Of a stretch of DNA of 64,000 bases, positions 1 to 14,109 are shown piece after piece. How positions within the stretch are numbered: position 1 is the first letter of the stretch; each line of letters begins with the position of its first letter. Under the pieces are notes generated by a model, which ran no database searches, was not told the origin of the DNA, and worked only from the letters and a program-made list of their open reading frames with translations. A program made the position numbers and the translations under genes. Source of the DNA: Gnetum montanum (taxonomy: Eukaryota; Plantae; Gnetophyta); the NCBI GenBank assembly GCA_015680685.1, contig MNCI01002855.1:1-64000 (forward strand). The letters are read 5' to 3'.

Positions 1-287
1 AACGCACTAGGAAAGCAGGAAATGAAAGCAATAAATGAAACCATGGGTTCAGGTTACAAGCTGCTCGAATAAAGAGCCGTTCACTCTAGGACTCCTACTG
101 CGGGCACATGGGGAAAAATTCTAACTCTGGAGTGATCAATCTGCCAGAGCTTCGCTACACTAGCCAGGATTGGGAAATGAAGGGAGTGCCGCCTCTTATT
201 TATAGATATGGCGGCGGGACGCGATATCGCGTACGCGATATTGCATGGGATGCGATATCGCGGCCTAGTGTAAGTCGCGTCTCATCA
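1..287 (-). mobile_element. Athila-family LTR, 5' end (cut by window start), inserted into an env-like ORF
   Basis: Ends in CTCATCA (281-287), the reverse complement of the family terminus TGATGAG. Carries the CGCGATATCGCG palindromes and CTTATTTATAG (reverse TATA) seen in the copies at 58550 and 62243. Confidence 0.8.
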
Positions 288-2667
288 GCAAGCATCTTGG
301 CCAAACTCAACTTTGGCCCTTTATTAGAGTTTACTCCATAGGAGGTCTAGGAGTAGTTGTAGGCTTCACCATTATGACTTGTCTTATCCACCAACAATGA
401 ATGGTTTTTGGGGAGAAACCTACCTATTCTAGCGTAATTAACAAGAGGATGCAATAGTTAAGATAGAGGGAATATCTATCTCTTATGTTGTTGAAGCCAT
501 AGTTGTTTCATTAGGGATTCTATGCATTGGAATGAAAAACACTAAAATTTCCACTTATATTAACATAGAAATGAGGAAATCCATGGCTATAAACAACCTA
601 TCGTGAGGTAGAGAAAGAGTATAATTCCATAACACTTGTAGAAAACATATAATTTAAGATAGGGATTTATCATATCTTTTTCATAGTGCACTTTAGTCAT
701 ATCTCATTCTATGTAGCTCGTGGGTGTGCAATCATTAGTAGGAATTATTTGGCTAACCCAGCTTATCTCATCTTCCTTGAATTAAGCAAAGGTTATAAGA
801 GATTGCTTTTGGAAAAATACCATGCTTTTCCCTTATCTTATTGAAAAGTTGTGTAAGTAATCAAGGATTGTAGGGTACACTAATGAGATTGTTAAGTAGA
901 TTCAAAATACCTCCTATTAAGATATGATTATATAGATGTTATCCATGAAGAATCCAATAGGAGATGCCACCACCTCTAAACATCAAGGCTACAACAACAA
1001 GCAATACTATAATAGTAACAACATCAACACCAACAACCACAATTCCAATAATAGGAATCCTAAATGCTACGGATCACACAATATGTTGCATTACTACTTG
1101 TGCACCTACAATAGACCTTAGGATGTATCATGTAATAATTAGCCACTTGTTGAAATTCTTGGAAGCTGTGAGCTAGGATACATGGGACCTAACAAAAACA
1201 TTTCATGTTGCATAGGATAAGCCCAAAGTTCTAATGGACCTCAAAACTAGACAAATTTTATTACCAATGATAACATATGACTAAACAACATAGATCTCTA
1301 GGAATGCTAAAACATTCCATGTCACATTTAACTTTAATGAAGGGATAACCATCATGGTCATGTCCCATGAAAGATAATAAGGAGTTATGAAGCTATTAAT
1401 AGATGACATCACTGAGGCCCTAAATGATTCTACAACACCTATTATAGATTTCACAACTAAAAAAGACATTTATGTATGTGTAGGGGCAGAAGTAGAAGAG
1501 AAATTAAGCATTTGATGGATTGTTATGCACCTAGGTAAACAATTTAGAACATCTTAGATATCCCTAAAGATGTATACTATTCATTCTAATCTTAAAAAAT
1601 GAGAAGCTAGTATTGTTTGAAGCCTAGCTACACTATATCAAGTTGAAGATTCAAAGGCTACAAAATAAAATCATCCAACTCTATGTCAAAATAAATAACC
1701 TCATATGGTTTGTTACTCCCAATCTACTTGGTTAGTTCCATGATGATGAGATCAACCATTTAATAGCCAAGTAATATCTATTGGAGATGGAAAGAAAAAA
1801 GGGCAACATGGAATCCCTCTATTACTTATGAAAGATCACAAATACTACAAAAGATCATCACTATCTTGGAGGAATAAAACATGGCCTAGCTATGGAAAGC
1901 TAAAAATTGACTCAAGTGACAAAAGAAAATGAGTAAGAAGAATCAAGCTTGAGCTATGTTTAAGAATAATTTGTTAAAAAGACTTTGATGTTAAGACGTT
2001 AGCAAAGGATAATCACAACCTCTCCATGACAGAAGTTCAAGTAATTTCACAATGGTTTACAATTGAGATCGGGACATGGGATAGTATATTTACAAGATAG
2101 AAAATGTTCAATAAATATTATAAATATTAGGTTTACCTCCAAAAAAATTCATGAGAAAGAAATCAAGATGGATAAGGAGAAATTTAAAATCACATTGTAG
2201 CTAATAGCTTATAGCGCTTTGAGAAGCATCCTTAATAGGATTAATGGTATGAGTTGATCCAAAATTGAAATGAAGGATTCGGAAATCGAGGAAATGATGA
2301 ATTATATGTAATTGGCCAACCATTAGGATGCCAAACTTGTTATGCTCATAGTAGACCTAGAAAAGAAGTAGAAAAATAAGCTACCACCATGTTCCCACTT
2401 TTCAAATGTGAGAGCTAACTCCATAGCCAAACAAATGTAAAGTTGGAGGTTCTTTAAGCCTAGTACACATGACAAAGAGATACAAAGAACCTTGCTTGGT
2501 ATGTCCAAGGTAATAAAAATTTCATAATCTACATGCTAGAAGCTTTTTGATCCCAATACATAAGATAAAGAGATGTTATATAGAACTTGACAAAAGTAAA
2601 TGACTAACAACCAAGAGCTCAAGGAATGGATATGGGCATTCAAGATTGAGCACATCACTTTCATCAC
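288..2667 (+). pseudogene. Degenerate Athila env-like (extra) ORF
   Basis: Translates to SILAKLNFGPLLEFTP (~291-338) and ARGCAIISRNYLANPAYLIFLEL...GKNTMLFPYLIEKLCK (~716-858). These align with SVLQELNFGPFLEYAP and ARACAALSRKFPVNLPxLIYLEI...GRKTLLFPCLIRKICK in the copy at 14110-16950. Many stops and frameshifts. Confidence 0.65.
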
Positions 2668-3507
2668 TAATGAGCAGCAAGTAATCCCTAGACCCAACCA
2701 TACAAATCACTAACATTCACTAAGTGATCTGATTGAATTCCATAGACTTCAACTCTCTATGCACACTAGATCTAGGTAGTGAATTTCAAGGGCGTGATCG
2801 TTATCTTCCCAATTCCACTTGTGAGGTTCATGGGTATGGTTCAATGTAATTGAGGCACATGATTATATATCTTTTATGCTTTTCATTAAATTTGCCTAAG
2901 TATAGAAAATAAGGTAATTAAATATTTAATTAATATAAGAACTAATTAATTCCTTGACTAATCCTAATATAAGTATTCATTCCCATCCATCGTACACATC
3001 CTAAACATGTTACCATGCTACTAACTTACAAAGCATAAATGCTACTGGGATTACCAAGTGTTAACATATGCTCAAGATGGTTGTACTTATGTGCATTAAT
3101 TACTTACTATTAATTTATTAATTAAATACATGAACATAAATTGCATAAGTAATAAATGCATTAAGGAAATATTAAGCTAAGTCCAAGTATGGCAAGGTTC
3201 ATCAAGAAAGCTTATCTTTATTGCCGTTTACACTTGGGTGTCTAGGTACATTAGTTCTCAAATAAAGATCCATACACTTCTCAACTTCTATTGCAGGCAG
3301 TTAGAAAATATTCTAACTCTTAAATAAAAAACTACAAGAGTTCACCTAAGCTATGAATGAACCAATGCCATAAATGTGATGGTGCATTTATATAGGCAAA
3401 ACTAGACATTATGTCGATGCATCAAACCATGCATCGACAGGTACGCATCGATGGGATCATGTCAACACAAAAAACATCAACACAATTCAATCAATCATCA
3501 CTCATCA
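2668..3507 (-). mobile_element. Athila-family 3' LTR (old copy)
   Basis: Degenerate terminus TAATGAG at 2668 and CTCATCA ending 3507. It abuts TACCCCCATGACTAAATGAAAAC, the reverse complement of the PPT region that precedes the 3' LTR at 17198. Confidence 0.75.
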
Positions 3508-4333
3508 TACCCCCATGACTAAATGAAAACTCATCCTAGAGTGAACAAAAGGAGGAACAAGTTCTTTACAAAATTTTAGAAAGGTATGGGATTATTAATT
3601 GACTGACTGACACACATACTAACTCAAACTGACAATAAGTGCCCAAGTGTATGGATTTACAATTTTTACAAAAATTGATGTTCATGATAACAAAATTGAA
3701 CACCATTACAAAAATTCATAGCAAAACCTCTCTGGTGGCTTGGAGACAAAGAGAAAATCAAATGATCCTAGGTGGTGAAGGTTCCTAAGGTGCAGAAGGA
3801 CCTTTTCCTGTTTCTGGTGCATGTAGCTATTGTGGCTAAGGCTATGGTTGTGGTTGTTCGGCTGCAACTATGATTGTTGATGGAAGACAAAAAGCAAGCA
3901 ATAATGCTTTCATCTTCTCCTCCTTACTTTGGTGATCGTACACAGTCCATGTAGCATCACTAATGTGGGCCAATATAGGAACATTCCATGGACAAGGCAT
4001 TATAGGAAATAACTCCTTCACATTGACAAACCAAGAAATGAATTTTTTGCACTCGATATCAAATGCCCTTATAGCATTTTGTAGCTCCTAGTAGTCACTC
4101 ATTCTACGAGCTAAGTTCTTAGTTGTTGACCATTAATCAATGAAGCATTTTCTAAGAACATCGAGTTCAACATTGGTGGTTTCTAGCTTCTACTTTGTCT
4201 CCTTATGATGCTTGAACTCGGCCTCATACAATAGGTACAAGCTAGCCACTAGCTTTTCTAGTTCTGACCTTTGCCTCTCGATAGTCAGCATTGTCAAGTT
4301 TGCGTAATGGAGGTTGGTGAGCTTTATGTACTT
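3508..4333 (-). mobile_element. Athila internal 3' region (PPT plus C-terminus of env-like ORF)
   Basis: Reverse-complement similarity to ~16440-17197, e.g. CATCTTCTCCTCCTTACT vs AGTAAGGAGGAGAAGATG and GGTTCCTAAGGT vs ACCTTAGGAACC. Confidence 0.7.
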
Positions 4334-5203
4334 TGATAAGTGGAAAGGAACCCCTATGTCCAACCATATGAATCACAAGTGTTGATGCGTGATTCAGTAG
4401 AATTTCACAAACCTTAAGTTCCTAAGTACACAATTTCCAAGATGTGAAATCTAATCATGACAATCGTTGTCTTCTCAACTACAGTTGTGGAGATTAATTA
4501 TATGGTTAAGTGTAATTGAGGCACATGATTTTTATTATTTTATATTTTATTTATCTATCATTAACAATAGGTTGAAACTTAATTCATAAATTAGTTTAAC
4601 TAATCTAATGGCTAAGTAATAACTAATTATCTTAACATAAGTATCCAGTCCCACTTTTCGTGCACATCTTGAACACGTATAACATTACTGGCTTACCAAA
4701 CATTAAGAATTGTTGGAATTACCATGAGTCATATGCATGCTCAAAGTGGTTGTACTTATGTGCTTAATTAATTTCTATTTAATCAAACTAGCTTACTTTT
4801 GTTTAATTACTTGGAAGCATTAAAGGAAGTTGCATAAAACATTAAATGCATGAATAGAATATTTAAGCTAGCTAAGGCGCTATAAGGTTTGATCAAAAAG
4901 CTCATATTTTTTGCTACACACATCGTCATGATCAAGTACAATAGTGCTCAAATAAAGATCCATACGCTCAATGACTCCTGCTATGGGCACTTTGGAAAAT
5001 ATTCTCACTCTAGAGAAAAGAAATTGCAAAAGCTTTGCTATGCTATGAAAAAAACTATATAGAAATTGTGTTTCCAAGTGTTATATTTATAGGCCAGCAC
5101 ACATCCCACGATATTGAATATTTGACATTGCATCTTGGAACCCAATATTGTGTACCCAATATCAAAGCTTTGATATCAGAGACAAGAAAAATATCATTCA
5201 TCA
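4334..5203 (-). mobile_element. Athila-family 3' LTR of a second minus-strand element nested in the first
   Basis: TGATAAG at 4334 and TTCATCA ending 5203, followed by the same PPT-side sequence TACCCCCATGACTAAATGAAAAC as at 3508. Confidence 0.75.
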
Positions 5204-8200
5204 TACCCCCATGACTAAATGAAAACTTATCCTCGAGTGAACAAGAGGAGGAACAAGTTCCTTACAAAATATTAGGAAGGTATGGGATTATTGACTGACA
5301 TGCAAACTAACTCAATTGAAATGAACAAACTCTAAGTGTCCAAGTATATGAATTTACAATCTTTTACAAATTGGGTGTTCATGATAGTAGAATGGAACAC
5401 CTTGGACAAAACTGACATCCAACTCCTCAAGAAGCTGAAGAGCGAGTGATGAGTGGCGAGGTACCCCTACACTCAACCATACGCATACAAGCGTTACACA
5501 CACGATTTGGTCAAACTCTGCAGACGGACTAGTTGTGGCATCTAGACAATTAGCCTTAGGCCGCAGTTCATTGTCTTCCCATCTGGACTAGTGTTAACTT
5601 TGTCACGTATGGTTTAGTCCAGAATGAGGTGTATGATGTGTTCTATGCTAATGCTACTCCTGAAGGCAATGGAAGATAATATTAACTAAGCTAAGCTAAG
5701 AGAGAAGGGTGAGAGAGAATCTAAGCTAGCCTAAGTGCGATGAGCATCCATTCCTCGATCATCTGTACACATCTTGGACTTCGTGCACGACTACCACTGG
5801 GATTACCAAGCACAGATCCTAGGTACGCTACTGGGTTACCAAGTAGTCACACTTAAATGCTCGTAATCAAGTCGTACTCATTCTGCGTTTAATAGAAGTT
5901 TAGGGTAAGAAGGTATTAACTAAGAAAGCATTAAATAACAATTAAATAAATAATTAAGCTAAGTGAATGCTGCAATGATGAAGTAATCTCGATCTTATTT
6001 CTGGTCATGTGCATGTCCAAGTACGTCACACTCGAATAAGGATGTCGTACAATTACAATCACCACACTGCAGGCATACACTGGGAGGAAAAAGAGTTGAG
6101 AGGAAAAATGAAACTAAAATCAAAACTAACTCTAAAACTACTAATGAAGAACTGCCTATCGGAACTATCTACCTCTTATTTATAAATGAGGAGATGGGCT
6201 GCGATATCGTGTATGCAATATTGCGGTTGACTAAACGGTGACTCATCAGCGAGGAAGAAGATCCCATGATCATGAAAGGTCCTCATTGCATGACACTGTT
6301 GTGCCTTCCTTGGTGAAGACATTCATGCTTCCAATTCACACTTCCCACTACAATCACAACAAAATTGTGGATTAGTGTGCAATGTGTAACATATAGCTTT
6401 TAAGTACATTGTCTCATCGATGGCTATGCTTGGCTAGGTTGTGATGATGGTGAATTGATTCCTTTAATAGTGTTAGCATGAAGACTAAAAAATAGGGTGA
6501 AATGGATAAGCTATCCATTATTAATTTCTAAAAAGTCCAAATGTAATGAAATGCTTGAAGAGGGTTAAAGAATTCACAATAATAAAAAGAGGATTTCATG
6601 AAAAAACATTGTGAAGATGCGCACAATTGGATGTCATTGATGGGGCATGCAAAAGAATTGGATTGTGATGATGTCTAAGGATAAAGAACTTAACTAACCC
6701 AACAAAAAGATATGTAAGTGGGTCCTCCCCAAAGCAAGCACATGCCCTTTATTGCCATTGCATAGCTTCAAATTGAGGAGTCTTTGGGCCCCATGGATGA
6801 TTAATGGTTTTGGAAAGTTAAGTATAAAAACTCGAAAGAAACTACCTAAGAATTTTGACACATCAAACTAGGACATTGAATAAGAACATGAAATTGGTAG
6901 TGAGTTGAGACATGGAAAGCACAGATGGATGAGAGAGAGTGTGGAATGGAGTTCCCGATTAAGGTCACAAGAAGTCCCTCGTGAATTTTGTGGTTAAATG
7001 ACCTAATAAAATCCATATTTAGTCTAGACCAAAATCAACCACATTTAGTGATGTCACATCACCCCCCTAAGACACAAGAGTGTTTCCATAAAACAACCAC
7101 CATTCCTTAATAAAGAAGAAGAATAGAGAAGTAGGGAGTGAGAAAGGGCCTTAGTTAGAGAGGAACTTTAAGCATGGGTAACATGTCTTTCTCATCCCAT
7201 AACTAGTGCTTGTAGCCCATTTATTTTGTCTAAGGGATGTGCTCTGAATTCCCATCATTTTTTTGAATGAGAACCACATCATGCAAAGACTTATTCAACT
7301 TCTTGGCATTGGTAAATGTAGAATAGTAAGAAATTCATGAAAACACACATGCACCCAAGTAAGTAGAAAGGCACAAAGAGTACCGAGTTCCATTGAAGTC
7401 ACACCCTATTCGAACCTTTGAATCCTTTCCAAGTCCAGAAACTACCAAGGTCACAAGTTCATTTAAAGTTTTAGTAATGAAAAAGGGACCTCACACATCT
7501 AAAGCAAGGAAAACCATAGAGTTTGTGGATGGGTGGATGTTATGGACTCACTTCCTATTTTATGAAAAGGAAACCATGTCCTAGTTATCAATAACAAAAT
7601 TCAAAGCTAGAATCTAGACACCAACAATCAAATAACTGAATAGCACATGCCCACATCAAACAAACCACATTGTACCCAATTGGTAATAAGGCATGTTGTT
7701 ATTATTATTATTAAAACACATGAAGAAAATCACATCCAAATAAAGGAAAATATACAAGAAATTATAAATTATTAAAGAAAAATAAAACATACTAACGATG
7801 TTGTAAAACAAAAATCTTGAAAATTTAATAATGTAAAAACAAAAAGGTGTAAGATAAAGAATTTGTAAAACAAAAAGTTGTAAAAATAACAAGGTGTAAA
7901 ACAAAAACATGTAACACAAAAAGATAAAAAATAGAGGAGTCGCTTATATAGTTAGCATGGATGGACATCTCCCCCACAAGTAAGTTGAAAGGAGGAGATC
8001 CAAAAAATTGAACATGGTTGTCCATCTGATGAGGTGTTTGTTGCACTAGCTTACTTAGGCTCTTGAAAATATTTGACCTGTTGTATGTTGACCAGCTACT
8101 TCTTGTCTGGGCTCTCAGGTTTGTACATCATCATGGCCCTGGAAGGGAAAATTTTGTAAATTATATAAGGTCCTTTCCACAACATTTGGAACTTAGTTAG

Positions 8201-8460
8201 TTGAGGTACATATGTGGGGTTCTAGTAGAGGACCTTATCTCTTGATTGAAATTTGACTTTCCTAATTTTAAGGTCATGGCACTTTTTGTTGAATGCCTTG
8301 TGCAACTCATTAGATGATAGGGCTACCAATTAGTTTTCATTTAGCAAGTTGAGATTCATTAATCTTTCTTTTTTGTGCTAGACTTAAGTTAAGGTCAAGG
8401 TCATAGGCTGTTGAAAGTATACAAAGCTTAGATTGAATAGGAAGTGTTAGTACGTTTTCA
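5204..8460 (-). mobile_element. Athila internal region (integrase C-terminus plus 3' non-coding region; env-like ORF mostly missing), interrupted by the solo LTR
   Basis: About 6300-8460 is the diverged reverse complement of ~11710-14140, e.g. GGGCTACAAGCACTAGTTATGGG shared and the integrase W-K/E-GPY region at ~8160-8180. Confidence 0.8.
5447..6248 (-). mobile_element. Athila-family solo LTR (802 bp) with perfect 5-bp TSD
   Basis: TGATGAG...CTCATCA termini, flanked by GCGAG at 5442-5446 and 6249-6253. High similarity to the LTR at 62243-63074. Confidence 0.92.
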
Positions 8461-8463
8461 ACT

Positions 8464-11400
8464 TGGTCATATCTTGAACTCACAAGGATTGATCCTAGGA
8501 TATGTCAGCATCGTATGTACACTGATCCAGCCATGAAGCCAAAGAGGCAGTCACAGCAATGGTTGAACCCCAAATTGAAGCAAATCATCAAAGAGAAAAA
8601 TCAAAAAACTCCTCAAGGTGGGGTTTATCTATCCCATTGTGAATAGTGAGTGGGTTAGTCCACTTGTGATTATGCCAAAGAAAGGTGACAAATGGCAAGT
8701 CTGCATTGACTTCTAACTATTGAATATTGTATCATTTAAAGATCATTTTCCATTACCATTTGTGGGTCAAATGTTAGACACTATATCTAGGCTTTTCTAT
8801 TATAGTTTTTTAGATGGCTATAATGGCTATAACCAAATCTAGATCACATCAAAAGATCAAGCCAAAACAACATTCACAAGTCCCTTAGGGACTTTTGCAT
8901 ATCAAAAGATGCCTTTTGGTCTATGTAATGCTCCTACAACATTCCAACATTTGGTCCTAAGCATTTTTCAACAACAAATTGGTTGTAGGATGGAAGGCTT
9001 CATGGATGACTTCTCCACCGATGCCACTACATTTGAGCAAGCCTTGGACCACCTTAAGCAAGTGCTTAAAAGGTGTGTAGAGATAAATCTTTAACTCAAT
9101 TGGCAAAAAAACCATCTAATGGTTCAGAAGGGCATTGTGCTAGGGCATATAATTTCTCAAGCAAGGATTGAGGTGGATCCTAAAAAGATAAGGAGCATCC
9201 AAGGAATAACTCACCAACCAAAAATCATTAAAAATGTTTGGTCATTCCTTGGACACACTAGCTACTACTAGCAATTTATAGATAATTTCTCTAAGATTGT
9301 AAAATCATTGGTCAAGCTTACAAAGCAAGATGTTCCATTCATCTGGACCAAGGAATGTGAAAATGCATTCTAGAGCCTTAAACAAAAACTCATAGAGACT
9401 CTAATTCTACAAGCACCTAACTAGTCCAGACTATTTCATATCATGAAAAATGCATCAAATTATGCCTTAGGAGCCATGCTTACATAGTGGACCAACAAGA
9501 AATGTCCACATTACATCCACTACACAAGTCAAAGCATTGTGGGTGCATAGTCAAATTACACCACAATGGAGAAAGAGAAAATGGCAGTGGTGTATGCTCT
9601 AAAAACGTTTAGGCACTATGTGCTTAGATACAAAGTGTTTATGTACACTAACCATAGTGTCATTCGCTTCCTCATGAACAAACCAACTGTGAGCCTCTGT
9701 GTCATACAATGGCTAGTGATCTTGCAAGAGTTTGATCTTACAACAGTAGATCAAAAGGAGACTAAGAATGTGGTCATTGATCACTTGTCTTAGTTATGAT
9801 GGGATAACAAAGAGGAGGAGAGCTCACTCTATGACTAATTTCCTAATGAACTCCTCTTTCATGGTGCAATAAATGAACAAGTGCCCATAGAACCAAAATG
9901 GTATGATGGCATCCTCACCTATCTTCTCACTGAGCAAATGCCATAAGATCTAGACCATAGGAAGAGACAATGGTTTCTTCATAAGGCCAAACACTTCATG
10001 GAAATCAATGAACACCTTTACAAGGTGTGTGCCAATGGCCTAGTTCTTTGGTGTGTATCTGATGCTAATCAACTACGCATTCTCTAAGATGCCTAAGAGG
10101 GTCCTTATGGGGGCCAATATGTTGGGAGCTATAGGGCCATGAAAATCCTAATGGCAAGGTATTATTGGCCAACCATCTTCATGGACATCCATCAATTTGT
10201 TTGTAACTGTGAACGTTTTCAACGAGATGGTGGGATGACCATTCAAATGGAGAGACCTTAACAGTGGATTCAACCACTAGAACCCTTTGACATATGGGGC
10301 ATCGACTTCATGGGTTCCATCATGTCCATGTCAAATGAAAAGACATATACAATCGTTGTCATTGATTACTACACAAAATGGGTAGAAGCAATAGCCATCA
10401 TCAACTATACATCATCTACTACTGTGCAACTTGACAAAAAAATGTTGTAAACAAGTTTGGGATGCCACATGCACTAATTTATAACAATGGAACCCATTTC
10501 ATAGTGATGAATCATTAGTTGGCTAGAATATCATTGATGCTATGTCACATCTGTAATAGTGTTGATGCTATATCGCATTTGTTTCACAAAAAAGCCAATT
10601 TTTGGTTAGCTAAGATATTGAAGCTTTAATATTGGAGCCCCAATATCACATATCCGATATCAAATCACATGCTATGTTATCAAATATCCAATATCATGGG
10701 ATGTGTGCTAGCCTATAAATATAACACTTAGGTGCACAGCTTGGGAGTTAGTTAGTCAATAGAGTAGTTGAACTCTTGTAGTTTTATTCCATAGTCTTAA
10801 AGAATAATCAATGGGTGCCCACAGTGTGGATCTGAGTCAGTTGTATGATGTCTTATTTGAGTGGCAGTGTACTTGGACACATTCCATGAACGAAAATAAG
10901 ATCGAGATTGATTCTTATTCATTGCAACACTTTGACTTAGATTAGATTTACTTTCCATGCAATTTACTTTTCATTTACTTAGTTAATATTTATATTTCCA
11001 TGCATATTAATGAATTGATAGAATGAGCATGACTAGTTTCAAGTGTAAACATGTATGCTTGGTAACCCTAGCAGTGTTATGGTTTGGTTCTCCCAGTAGC
11101 ATAGCGCTTGGTAATCCCAGTAGTGGATATGTGTGTTCAAGACATGTACGACAAGCTAGGAATGGACACTCATTGCTCATAGGCTAGTTTAGACCTTACT
11201 TTCCATTTTTAATTAGTTAAATAATTATTTTCTTTATTATCATCAGAAGTAGCATAAGGCTGAAACAACGTCAATTATCATATGCCTCACTTTGGACTAA
11301 ACCATATGTGACAAAGCTACCACTAGTCCAAGTGGGAGGATTGTGAATTGCAATTAAGACATAGTGATTTAGATGCCACAATTAGTCCCATCTATGAAAT

Positions 11401-12110
11401 TTGACCAAATCATGTGTGAACGCTTGTGATTTATATGGTTGGACGTAGGGGTACCTCGCCACTCATCACAAAGGCATCACTTTTTGCAAGCTTATGCAAC
11501 ACTTAGGGGTTCAACATAAATTAACAACACCCTACCACCCACAAGCCAACGATCAAGCTGAAGTTACCAATAGCAAGATCACGAAGATCTTAACAAGAAC
11601 TGTTAGCAAATATAGGAGATATTAGAGCATAAAACTCAACGATGCCCTTTGGGCCTACCGCTCAACATGGAAACTCCCTATAGGCTACTCTCCCTATGAG
11701 CTAGTGTATGGGAAACTACCAACACTTCCTATTTAATCTAAGCTTCATACACTTTCAAGAACATGTGACCTAGATCTTGACCTAACTCTAGCACAAAGAG
11801 AATGATTGATCAACCTTAACGTGCTAGATGAAAATCAATTAGTGGTTCTATCTTGGAATGAAGTGCACAAGGCATTCAACAAAAAGTGTCATGACCTTAG
11901 AATATAAAAAGTAAAATTTCAACTAGAAGATAAGGTTCTCTACTGGAACCCCACACACATACCTCAATGAACTAAATTCCAGACATTATGGGAAGGGCCT
12001 TACACCATTTACAAAACCTTTCCTTTTGGGGCGATGTTGATCTACAAACTTGAGAGCCCGAACAAAAAATAGCTAGTCAACACACAATAAGTTAACCTTT
12101 TCATGAACCC
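8464..12110 (+). pseudogene. Degenerate Ty3/gypsy (Athila) pol: RT-RNaseH-integrase, 5' truncated
   Basis: Motifs in gypsy order: SEWVSPLV, KDHFPLPF, FLDGYNGYNQI, MPFGLCNAPTTFQ, FMDDF (RT); YTTMEKEKMAVVYAL, WLVILQEFD (RNase H); GYYWPT, PFDIWGIDFMG, DYYTKWVEA, PYHPQ, DALWAYR (integrase). Multiple stops. Confidence 0.93.
10505..11468 (+). mobile_element. Athila-family solo LTR inserted in the integrase core
   Basis: TGATGAA...CTCATCA termini with near-TSD CATAG/CAAAG. The integrase reading (NNGTHF... then ...GITFCKLMQHLGV) resumes directly after it. Confidence 0.8.
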
Positions 12111-14109
12111 ATGCAAGCCAATGGAAGCAACGCCTCAATGGATGGATAACCTCGCTCAATCTTTCAAATCACCTACTTACAACTTAGTCGTGGGGGAGAT
12201 GGCCATCCACACTAATCATTATAATGGCTCCTCAGTTTTTCTTAATTTTTTATTTTACACCTTTTTGTTTTACACTTTCTTTGTTTTTATACCTTTCTTA
12301 TTTTATACTTTGTTATTTTTCAAAATTTTTGTTTTGCAACATTGTTAGTATGTTTTATATTTCTTAAATATTTTACAATTTATTTTATATTTTTCCTTAT
12401 CTTGGTGTGAATTTTTCTTATTTTCTTATAAAAGTACTCTATTGGTAATAGGACACAATGGTGTTGTAGTTGTTGCTAATGGTGATTTGTATTTAATATT
12501 TTTGATTGCTAATGTCTAGTTTCTATTTCTAAATTTTGATGACTAATAACTAAGATTGGTTTCTATTTTCATGAAACAGGCAGTGAGTCCATGTCATCCA
12601 CCCATCCACAAACTCAATGGTTTTCCTTGTTTTGGAAATATGACGTCCCTTTTTCATTTATAAAACTTTAACAAACTTGTGGCCTTGGTCGTTTCCAAGC
12701 TTTGAAAAGATTCAAAGGTTTGAAAAGGGTGTGACTTCAAGGGGATTCAATACTCTTTGTACCTCTCTGCCATCTTGAGTGCATGTGTGTTTTTGTGGAT
12801 TTCTTACTATTCCATGTCAACTAATAACAGGAAGTTGAATAAGCCTTTGCATGGTGTGGTTTCCATTCAATAAAAAAAATAAAAACAAAATAAAAGAAAT
12901 ATATATATATATATAATTATGAAAATTCAAAGGACACCCCTTGGAAAAATTAAATGGGCTACAAGCACTAGTTATGGGACTAGAAAGACATGTTGCCCAT
13001 GCTTGAAGGTCCCCTCTAACTAAGGTTCTTTCTCACTTCTTGCTTCTCTTTTCTTCTTAAATAAGGAATGGTGGTTGTCCATGGGAGCATTCTTGCATCC
13101 CAAGGGGATGGACTAGTCTTAGAGTGGTGATGTAAAGTCACTAAAAGTGGTTGGTTTTGGTCTGGACTAAGGTTGGACTTTATCTAGTCATTTAATCACA
13201 AATTCCATAAGGGACTTCATGTGACCATGACTAGGACATCCATTCCATTCTCTCTCTCATCCATCAATGCTCTCCATAACTCACCTCATTGTCGATTTTC
13301 ATGTTTTTATTTCATGTCTTAGTTTGATGTGTTGAAATTCTTAAGTGGATTCTTTGGGTTTCATCCTTAACTTTTCGTAACCATTAATCAACTATGGGGC
13401 CCACGAACTCCTTAGTTGAGGTTATGCAAGGGAAAAAAGGGCATGTGCTACTATGGGAAGGACCCATGTGCATAACTCATGGTTTGGTTAGTTAAGTTCC
13501 TTACCCTTAGACATGGCTACAATCAAAATCTTCATGCACCCCATTGTGCATCCAATTGTGTGCTCCTTAAGGAATTCTTCTTTATGAAATCTCATTCTCT
13601 CCTCATCTTTCAATTTTTNNNNNNNNNNNNNNNNNNNNNNNNNNNNNNNNNNNNNNNNNNNNNNNNNNNNNNNNNNNNNNNNNNNNNNNGGGAGGGGAGT
13701 TTTTGCAATTTTTCAGAGCCCATAACTTTCACATCGTTTGTCCAAATCACTCCATTCTTTGATCCTGTCGCTACTAGAGGTAATTTCTTAGTCATGTGGG
13801 CCACAAATCTTAAGGTTTCTAATGAAAAATTTTCAAGATTTTTCTAACTGCCCCAAAGGGTTAATAAATAAAGTAATATTAAACCATCAATTTTTGAGAG
13901 TTTAACCCTTCCAACAAGCTCTAGTAAACTTAAAATTATTTATTAATATTCAAATACTAAAAAAATTATTAAAATAATCAATTAGGCCATGATCACAACT
14001 TAGCCAAAGTGTAACTACCCTGAGAGATAAGGTATTCCCAATGTTTTAAGTTACACATTAAGTGCTAATCCTTAGTCATGTTGTGATTACAAATGGTACC
14101 TAAACCAAA

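Noticed and set aside
7656-8046. Hydrophobic F/L/Y-rich ORFs (also 12103-12348) that look like membrane proteins
   Set aside because: Translations of T-rich low-complexity spacer downstream of the Athila integrase.
13479-13847. 122-aa and 64-aa ORFs
   Set aside because: They span the N gap (13619-13689) in a non-coding TE region, so they are artefacts.
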